DNA of 38,851 bases from contig CAZBBK010000059.1 in the NCBI GenBank assembly GCA_964490075.1, forward strand, positions 1 to 38,851, given 5' to 3'. Under the pieces are notes generated by a model that saw only the letters and a program-made list of their open reading frames with translations, was not told the origin of the DNA and did no database searches. This DNA comes from an uncultured Gemmatimonadota bacterium (GTDB taxonomy: Bacteria; GCA-2686955). Positions 22,840-32,875 of the stretch are shown here, in pieces. Numbering within the stretch: position 1 is the stretch's first letter; the number at the start of each line of letters is the position of its first letter. A program made the position numbers and the translations under genes.

Positions 22840-23937
22840 ATGGCCCTGAAGCAGACCCCCTTTCACCCCTTTCATCTCGAGCTGGGCGCGAAGATGGTGC
22901 CCTTCGCCGGCTACGAGATGCCGATCCAGTACAGCGGCGTGATCGAGGAGCATCGATGCGTCCGCTCGGGGGCGGGCCTTTTCGATCTCTCGCACATGGG
23001 GGAGATCGAGCTGCGCGGGGAGGGCGTCCCGGCCTTTCTCGATCGTCTGCTCACCAACCGTTTCACCGATCTCCCCGTGGGGCGCGCCCGCTACACGGCG
23101 ATGTGCCGCGAGGACGGCGGCATCCTCGACGATCTGATCGTCTACCGCCTCCAGGACCGGCACCTCCTGGTCGTCAACGCCGCGAACTTCGAAGGCGATC
23201 TGGCCTGGATCCGCGCCCATGCGAGCGCCGGCGTCGAGGTGCTCGATGTGAACCAGGGGACGGCGCTGGCCGCGCTGCAGGGGCCTCGGGCCGAGGCGCT
23301 GGTGCAAAGGCTGACCGATGCCCCTCTCGAGACGTTGCCGTACTACGGCGTGGTGGAAACCGAGGTCGCCGCGCGCCCCGCCGTGGTCGCCCGCACCGGC
23401 TACACCGGCGAGGACGGCTTCGAGATCTACCTGGCGGCCGAGCACGCGGCGGCCCTCTGGCGCGCGATCACCGACCTTGGAGAGGGCGAGGGCCTGAGGC
23501 CGATCGGGCTCGCGGCCCGCGACACCTTGCGCCTGGAGATGAAGTACGCCCTCTACGGCAACGAGATCGATGAATCGACCACGCCCCTGGAGGCGGGGCT
23601 GGCGTGGATCGTGAAGCTCGACAAGGAGTTCATCGGGGCGAATGCGCTCCGTGCCCGGAAAGAGGCCGGAATCGGGCGGCGGCTGGTGGCCTTCGAGATC
23701 GAGGGTCGCGGGATTCCCCGGCCGGGTCATCGAATCGCGGTCGCGGGCGAAGGAGTCGGTGCGGTGACCAGCGGCACCTTCAGCCCCTCGCTGAGCCGCG
23801 GGATCGGCCTGGGCTACGTGAACCGTCCCCATACCCGACCGGGGACCGCCCTGGAGATCGAGGTTCGGGGGCGCCTCCTCGGCGCCCGGATTATCAAACC
23901 ACCCTTCTACAAGACTGGGAGCTTGCGCGCCGCCTGA
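22840..23937 (+). CDS. gcvT: Glycine cleavage system aminomethyltransferase T
   Basis: GAKMVPFAGYEMPIQY, FDLSHMGE, GGILDDLIVY, ALQGP, RTGYTGEDGFEI, ARDTLRLE, VTSGTFSPSL. Confidence 0.98.
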   Translation: MALKQTPFHPFHLELGAKMVPFAGYEMPIQYSGVIEEHRCVRSGAGLFDLSHMGEIELRGEGVPAFLDRLLTNRFTDLPVGRARYTAMCREDGGILDDLIVYRLQDRHLLVVNAANFEGDLAWIRAHASAGVEVLDVNQGTALAALQGPRAEALVQRLTDAPLETLPYYGVVETEVAARPAVVARTGYTGEDGFEIYLAAEHAAALWRAITDLGEGEGLRPIGLAARDTLRLEMKYALYGNEIDESTTPLEAGLAWIVKLDKEFIGANALRARKEAGIGRRLVAFEIEGRGIPRPGHRIAVAGEGVGAVTSGTFSPSLSRGIGLGYVNRPHTRPGTALEIEVRGRLLGARIIKPPFYKTGSLRAA

Positions 23938-24011
23938 GCGCGCGCGCTCTCCACGATCGGCATCGCGCCCCGCGGGGCCGGTGCTTCAACCAAGCTGCTG
24001 GAGATGGACGA

Positions 24012-24401
24012 ATGGCGATCGTTCCGGAGGATCTGCTCTACTCGCGCGATCACGAGTGGGTGAGGGTCGAAGGCGACACCGCGACCGTCGGCATCACCGA
24101 CTTCGCTCAGGGGGAGCTCGGCGACGTGGTCTACGTGGAATGCCCTGAAGCGGGAACCGCGGTCGAGCAGGGCGCGGTGTTCGGCACCATCGAATCGGTC
24201 AAGTCAGTATCCGACCTCCGCTCGCCGCTCAGTGGCGAGGTCAGCGAGGTCAACGAAGAGCTGGAAGGCGCGCCGGAACTGGTGAACGAAGATCCCTACG
24301 ACGGGGGTTGGATCCTGCGCATCCAGATCGCCGATCCCGACGAGCTCGCCGAGCTCCTGGGCCGCGACGGCTATCGCGCGCTGATCGCCGAAGAGGGTTG
24401 A
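24012..24401 (+). CDS. gcvH: Glycine cleavage system H protein
   Basis: [34 protein letters not shown] (lipoyl lysine), [11 protein letters not shown]. Confidence 0.98.
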   Translation: MAIVPEDLLYSRDHEWVRVEGDTATVGITDFAQGELGDVVYVECPEAGTAVEQGAVFGTIESVKSVSDLRSPLSGEVSEVNEELEGAPELVNEDPYDGGWILRIQIADPDELAELLGRDGYRALIAEEG

Positions 24402-24420
24402 ACGCCGAAGGTTGTACGCC

Positions 24421-27293
<2,873 letters not shown>

Positions 27294-27297
<4 letters not shown>

Positions 27298-28091
27298 GCT
27301 CCGATCCGGCCGCGGAGACCTGGTCGCTCTTCGATCCAGGGCTCCAGGACGGCGCCGAGGCGATGGCCCTCGACGATCTCGCGCTGCGCCGTGCCCGGCC
27401 CGGGAGCCGTCCGCTGCTGCACCTGTGGCGCTGGGCCGCGCCGGCGATCTCGATCGGTTACGCACAGACGGTCGAGATCCTCGACCGCGCGCGGGTGCGG
27501 GCGGCGGGACTGTCGATCGTGCGCCGCCCGACCGGCGGCAAGGCGGTGCTGCACCGCGGCGACATCTGCTACTCCTGCGTCGTTCCTCTGCCCTACCGCG
27601 ACTTCGATCGTGGCCTGCGGCCGGCCTACGAGTTCGTCGCCAATGCGATCGCCCGAGCGCTCAGGGCCCACGACCTGGAGTGCGCCCCGCCCACTCCTGC
27701 GCTGCACCCTGGGCCCGACCGCGGGTGCGTGAGCTGCGCGGCCGAGATCTACCCCTATGAGCTGGTCTCCGGCTCGACCAAGATCCTCGGCAGCGCCCAG
27801 AAGCGCACCAAGAAGGCGATCCTGGTGCAGGGCAGCATCGCCCCCGCCGGGCCGGCCGATCTGGCGCCTTTCCTGGCCTCGGGCGCGGCCGCCACTCCGC
27901 CGCCGGTCGAAGCGGGGTCGGGCTCCGCCGCACCCGAACCGGTGCTCAGCGCTGCGGCGATCGCGGCCGCGTTCGCGCGCGAGCATGCCATCGTCTTCGA
28001 GCCTTTGGTGTGGACGCCCCAAGAGCGGCGGGCGATCGTGGAGCTGGTCTCGAGGCGCTACGCGAGCGTCGATTACACGGCACGCATCTGA
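27294..28091 (+). CDS. Lipoate-protein ligase family protein, LipM (octanoyltransferase)-like
   Basis: [51 protein letters not shown]; 265 aa with no LplA C-terminal domain; ATGA-coupled to gcvP. Confidence 0.85.
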
Positions 28092-28420
28092 TCTCGCTGT
28101 GGAAGAAAGACGTCTGCGCGGAGCCCTTGGAAGGGATGTCGGAAGCGCGCCAAAAAGGCCACCCTTGACGCTTCGAGATCCCTATACTCCCCCAGGATCT
28201 CTCGCGCAAAAACCTCTGCTCTCACGACCGCCCGCGACTCGCGGCGGCGAATTCGTGGCGACAGTGGGGCCTCGCTGGAGATCGCAGCCCCGAAACGAGA
28301 TTCCCGACTTCCGCGCCCGCGCCCCCGGGGCGGGCCCGAAAAAGCCGGGTTTCGCGGACGAGCCCCACGCGTGACGGCGGGCGATTCGCCCAAAGGACCA
28401 GCTTGATGCCGCCTAGTCGC

Positions 28421-28450
28421 TTGACAGCCGATCGTTTCCACGCCTACTCT
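28421..28450 (+). promoter_or_regulatory. Putative sigma-70 promoter of the TonB-receptor operon
   Basis: TTGACA, 18-nt spacer, TACTCT, about 150 nt before GTG 28602. Confidence 0.55.
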
Positions 28451-28601
28451 GGCAACAGAGCGCTCGGTTGCCGCCTCGCCTTCGCGACCCAGAGACAATC
28501 ATCGTCCATGATCCCGCGGTCGCCTGTCCGTCCAGGTTCCTCCATCGGCCCATCGTCCCAGCCTCGGCAACCTCTGTTCCCCGCCGAAGGGAGTGGAACT
28601 C

Positions 28602-31600
28602 GTGCGTAGATCCTCTCTTCTCCTGCTCCTTCCCGCTCTCGTTCTGTTCCTCTTCGCCCCCGCAGCTCGCGCCGGCGTCACCGGCAAGATCACCGGTCAG
28701 GTCTTCGACAAAGAGACCGGCGAGGTAATGCAGTACGTGAACGTCATCGTCGAGGACACGCACCTTGGGGCGATGACCGACGAAAAGGGCAAGTTCTTCA
28801 TCCTGAACGTGCCGCCCGGCTCCTACGACGTGCGCGCCGAGTCGATGGGCTACACCGCCCAGCGACAGCTCGGCGTCAAGGTGTTCAGCGACCGCAACAC
28901 GCCGGTCAAGTTCGAGCTGCTGCCGACAGTGATCGAATCGGAGGATTTCCAAACCGAGGTGGTGGCGACCCGGGCCTTGATTCAGAGAGACGTCACCAGC
29001 TCGATGCGCACGGTCAGCGCCGAGTCGATCGAGCAGATGCCGATCAACAACGTCAACGAGCTGCTGCAGACCACCGCGGGTGTGGTCTCCCAGGGCGGCG
29101 AGCTGCACTTCCGCGGCGGTCGCGGCAACGAGGCTCGCTACCTGGTCGACGGCATCTCGGTGAAGGACCCGATCACCGGCGAGGGCTCGGGTCTCAACGT
29201 CGGCCGCGCGGCCATCGAAGAGATCACCGTGCTGCAGGGCGGGTTCGATGCCGAGTACGGCGAGGCCCAGTCGGCGATCATCAAGGTCGTCACCAAGGAG
29301 GGAACTCCGGAATGGGGCGGATCGCTGCGCTACAAGAGCGACAATCTCAGCCCCGAGGCGTATAGCCTGAACTCCGACTACGCCGAGTTCTCGCTGCAGG
29401 GCCCGGAGCCGATCAGCTCGTATCTCTTCCCCGCGCTGGGCTTGGAGCTCCCCGGCGATCAGCTCACCTGGTTCTTCACCGCCACCGGTGATGTGCGCGA
29501 CACTCATACACCCTTCGCCAACAAACCGGCCGAGACCAACAATCTCCTCGGCTTCGATTTCGACAATCGCTACCGCAACGATCTGTCGCTAACTTCGAAG
29601 TGGGTTTGGAAGATCGGCACCGCCGACAAGCTGACCTTCAGCGTCAAGAACTCGTGGGAACAGCGTGACTACTACCAGCATTCCTTCACGCTGGTGCCGG
29701 AGCACGCCTACTGGCAGACCGAACGCAGCACTTCGCTGGCGTACGTGACCTGGAACCACACCATCAGCCCGCAGACCTTCTTCGAGCTGCGCGCCAGCCG
29801 GGTCCAAACCCAGACCATCCAGGACGCCGGCGCGCTGCCCAACGAGTTCCCACTGGAACCGGATCTCGGCGATCCGACCACCGTGCCCTGGGCCGAAGGG
29901 GAGTACTACGAGTGGTTCGCGAAGTACATCAATGCCGACGACTCGGAGCCTTTCGAAGATGGCGATCTGCTGGTCGACGCCTCCGAGATCTGGGACGATT
30001 TCGGTGAGGACCGTTTGCCCAATACTTTCGACCGCGGCGAAGGAGACGGTGTCCCCAACGACTGGCCCGATGACTCTCCGGTGAAACGCGAGACCGGCCG
30101 TGGCGGTTACGTCGATGTCGGCTTCGACGGCGTCGAGAGCACCGGCGACTACGGCGAGGGCGACGGCAGCTTCAATACCTACAATTCGCTGCCGGAGTTC
30201 CTGATCTTCGTTCCCGACTACTACGATCTCAATCACAACGCCCGCTACGAGATCGCCGAGCGCGATGCCGGCATGGGCGAGTGGTTCGTCGATCGCAACG
30301 GCAACGGTTACTACGACGCGCCCAACGGCCTTCACGACGACGGCGAAGCCTACCTGGACATGGACGGCAACAGCCACCGCAACAGCAACGACGGATTCTA
30401 CGACGGCGCGCGGCCGGAGGAGTTCTACACCGACGCGAACAACAACGCGCTCTACGACCCGCCTGAAACCTACGTCGACGCCAACAGCAACGGCCGCTTC
30501 GATGCCGGAGAGCCCTTTTACGACTACGGCCTCGACCAGCTGCCGAACACCAACGACTGGGGCGAGGGCAACGGGGTTTTCGACGTGCACCCCAGCGACC
30601 CCAGCGTGCACGAGTACTACGTCGATCTGAACGAGAACGGCAATTTCGACGGCGGCGAATCGTTCACCGACGGCGAGAGCTTCGCCGAGGACACCTTCCT
30701 CGACTCCAACAACGACGGTCGCTTCAACGACTACGACGAAAGCTACACCGATGCCAACGGCAACGGCCGCTGGGACATCGGCGAGGACTTCCAGGACTGG
30801 TCGAACGGCATTTTCGACGAGGGGGAGCCCTTCTCGGACGTGGGCTTGGACGGGATTCCGCGCACCGGCGACACCGGCGAGGCCGACGGTCATTGGGGCG
30901 AGGGCGAGCCTTTCTACGATTCCAACGGCAACGATCAGTACGATGCATTCACCGGCGCCCGCTACATCGATGCCAATCTCAACGGGCAATGGGATTGGGA
31001 CGACACCAACGGCGATGGCCGTTTCCAGACCAGCGACGCTTTCGAGCTCTTCTACAGCGACATCCTGATCGACTTCGGCGTCGACGGCCAGCCCAATACC
31101 CACGACGTGGGCGAGGGCAACGGCAGCTATGACACCGGCGAGCCCTTCTTCGACGTGATCGGCGACGGGGAGTGGGACCGTGGCGATACCTTCGTCGACC
31201 GCACCGGCAACGATCAGTACGACGGTGGCGAGCCCTTCTCCGATACCGGACCGGACGGCACCTATGCAACCTACGATCCGGGCCAGTGGAACGGTGTCTA
31301 CGACGTCGGCGAGCCGTACGAGGATCTGGACGGCGACGGCAGCTACACCTACGCGATTGCCGGCAACGGCCGCTGGGATGTGGGCGAGCCGTACCAGGAT
31401 CGTGACGGCGACGGCGAGTACGATGCGCCCAACGGCCGCTGGGATCGCGGCGAGCCATTCGTCGACGCCAACTTCAACGGCGTGTGGGACGAGGAGTACA
31501 TCGGCGCCTTCCGCCAGCACAGCCCCTATGAGAGAACCGAGTCGATCCAGTACACGGTTCTCGCCTCACTCGAAAGCCAGGCCTCCGAGCACCACATGGT

Positions 31601-32801
31601 GAAGGCGGGCGCGGAGTTCCGCCAGCACTTTTTGGAGCAGCAACGCATCAGCTATCCGTACTACCGATTCGTCGCGGCGGAAGGCAGCGTCGAAGCTACG
31701 GGACGATGGACCGAGCGCGGGATCTTTCGTAACTTTTGGGATGCGCCGCCGCTGGAAGGCGCGGTGTGGCTCCAGGACCAGTACGAGTGGGAAGACCTGA
31801 TCATCAAGTCGGGTTTGCGCTACGACTTCTGGGTGGTGCGAGGGATCTTCGGCGACGGCGGGACCGTGCCCGATACCCTGCGCAAGACCTTGGAGAACAA
31901 GGTGTCGCCGCGGCTCGGTGTCAGCTACCCGGTCTCCGAGCGCGACAAGATGTACTTCTCCTACGGCCATTTCTCCCAGGTTCCGGAGCTGTCTTCGATC
32001 TACAACTCCAATGAGCAGGGAGCGTCGGCGCTGGCGCTCAAGGGCAACTACGAGCTCAAGTCGCCGAAAACCGTGGCCTATGAGTTCGGCATCGACCACG
32101 CCTTCTCCGACGATGTGAAGGTCGACATCAAGGCGTTCTTCAAGGACTTCCGCGACCTGATCCAGGCGTCGCGCACGGTGAACGAGGCGACCGGGCGACC
32201 GGAATGGGTGTACCAGAACTCAGACTACGGAAGCGCTCGCGGGCTCGAGGTGGTGCTCGACAAGAGATACTCCGACTACACCTCCGGAAACCTCTCCTAC
32301 ACCTTCCAGTTCGCGACCGGGAAGAACTCCGACTCCTTCGACGGTTACGGCGCCTCGGCAACCACGCCGCGCGAGTTCCCGCTGGACTTCGACCAGCGCC
32401 ACTCGCTCTCTCTGAACATCGACTTCCGAGTGATGGCCGATCAGCATCCGGCGGTGGCCGGATTCAAGCTGCCGGACCGCTGGGGAGTCAATCTGCTGTG
32501 GCAGGTCGGCAGCGGCTTCCCCTACACGCCGGAGCTCTTCGGACGCGAGATCGGCGCCAAGAACTCCGCGCGCCTGCCGTGGACCGGCAACGTCGATGTG
32601 ATCGTCGACAAGAGCTTCGATCTCGCGAGCTTGCGCTACAACGTATTCGCCGAGGTCTCGAACCTGTTCGACCGCGAGAACGTGCAGTACGTCGATCCCG
32701 AGTACCGCACCTGGTACGGAGACAACCAACCGATCAACAGAAACCCGGCGCGTTTGCTGCCGGGGCGACAGATCGAGGTGGGATTCGAAATCGGATTCTA
32801 G
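28602..32801 (+). CDS. TonB-dependent receptor with N-terminal carboxypeptidase-regulatory-like domain and large acidic repeat insertion
   Basis: Signal peptide ending AARA; GKITGQVFDKETGE...TDEKGKFFILNVPPGSY; TonB-box-like TEVVAT; plug HFRGGR...YLVDG...GGFDAEYG...VVTK; barrel motifs GLRYD, SPRLGVSYP, YFSYGHF, DQRH, NLFD; terminal Phe (GFEIGF). AAGGGAG SD supports GTG 28602. Confidence 0.92.
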   Translation: MRRSSLLLLLPALVLFLFAPAARAGVTGKITGQVFDKETGEVMQYVNVIVEDTHLGAMTDEKGKFFILNVPPGSYDVRAESMGYTAQRQLGVKVFSDRNTPVKFELLPTVIESEDFQTEVVATRALIQRDVTSSMRTVSAESIEQMPINNVNELLQTTAGVVSQGGELHFRGGRGNEARYLVDGISVKDPITGEGSGLNVGRAAIEEITVLQGGFDAEYGEAQSAIIKVVTKEGTPEWGGSLRYKSDNLSPEAYSLNSDYAEFSLQGPEPISSYLFPALGLELPGDQLTWFFTATGDVRDTHTPFANKPAETNNLLGFDFDNRYRNDLSLTSKWVWKIGTADKLTFSVKNSWEQRDYYQHSFTLVPEHAYWQTERSTSLAYVTWNHTISPQTFFELRASRVQTQTIQDAGALPNEFPLEPDLGDPTTVPWAEGEYYEWFAKYINADDSEPFEDGDLLVDASEIWDDFGEDRLPNTFDRGEGDGVPNDWPDDSPVKRETGRGGYVDVGFDGVESTGDYGEGDGSFNTYNSLPEFLIFVPDYYDLNHNARYEIAERDAGMGEWFVDRNGNGYYDAPNGLHDDGEAYLDMDGNSHRNSNDGFYDGARPEEFYTDANNNALYDPPETYVDANSNGRFDAGEPFYDYGLDQLPNTNDWGEGNGVFDVHPSDPSVHEYYVDLNENGNFDGGESFTDGESFAEDTFLDSNNDGRFNDYDESYTDANGNGRWDIGEDFQDWSNGIFDEGEPFSDVGLDGIPRTGDTGEADGHWGEGEPFYDSNGNDQYDAFTGARYIDANLNGQWDWDDTNGDGRFQTSDAFELFYSDILIDFGVDGQPNTHDVGEGNGSYDTGEPFFDVIGDGEWDRGDTFVDRTGNDQYDGGEPFSDTGPDGTYATYDPGQWNGVYDVGEPYEDLDGDGSYTYAIAGNGRWDVGEPYQDRDGDGEYDAPNGRWDRGEPFVDANFNGVWDEEYIGAFRQHSPYERTESIQYTVLASLESQASEHHMVKAGAEFRQHFLEQQRISYPYYRFVAAEGSVEATGRWTERGIFRNFWDAPPLEGAVWLQDQYEWEDLIIKSGLRYDFWVVRGIFGDGGTVPDTLRKTLENKVSPRLGVSYPVSERDKMYFSYGHFSQVPELSSIYNSNEQGASALALKGNYELKSPKTVAYEFGIDHAFSDDVKVDIKAFFKDFRDLIQASRTVNEATGRPEWVYQNSDYGSARGLEVVLDKRYSDYTSGNLSYTFQFATGKNSDSFDGYGASATTPREFPLDFDQRHSLSLNIDFRVMADQHPAVAGFKLPDRWGVNLLWQVGSGFPYTPELFGREIGAKNSARLPWTGNVDVIVDKSFDLASLRYNVFAEVSNLFDRENVQYVDPEYRTWYGDNQPINRNPARLLPGRQIEVGFEIGF
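29937..31490 (+). repeat. Intragenic degenerate Asp/Gly-rich peptide repeats in the TonB receptor
   Basis: At least 15 Dx[ND]x[ND]G-type loops in a GEP[FY]xDxNxNGx[WYF]D frame, plus six DxGxDxxxxTxDxG[EQ]x[ND]G units, counted by eye in the translation. Confidence 0.9.
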
Positions 32802-32875
32802 CTTGACTTCCGGCCGGTCTCGTCAATGCGACACCGGCGCTCGGGCCACCACGGACCGAGGTCTGGAGGACGAAG

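Noticed and set aside
28368-28416. Fluoride-riboswitch-like sequence (GACGGCGG...GCTTGATGCCGCCTA)
   Set aside because: The pseudoknot pairing is possible but the P1 stem is not formed correctly, it lies upstream of the predicted promoter, and the downstream gene is not fluoride-related.
29937-31490. Recurrent GGCGAGCC / GGCAACGG nucleotide words resembling a CRISPR or tandem DNA array
   Set aside because: They are codons of the in-frame GEP and GNG peptide repeats, irregularly spaced and degenerate; no cas genes.
32803-32826. TTGAC-N14-GTCAA palindrome between the receptor and partner genes
   Set aside because: Only 5-bp arms, spacing unlike FNR/CRP boxes and no matching -10; insufficient evidence.
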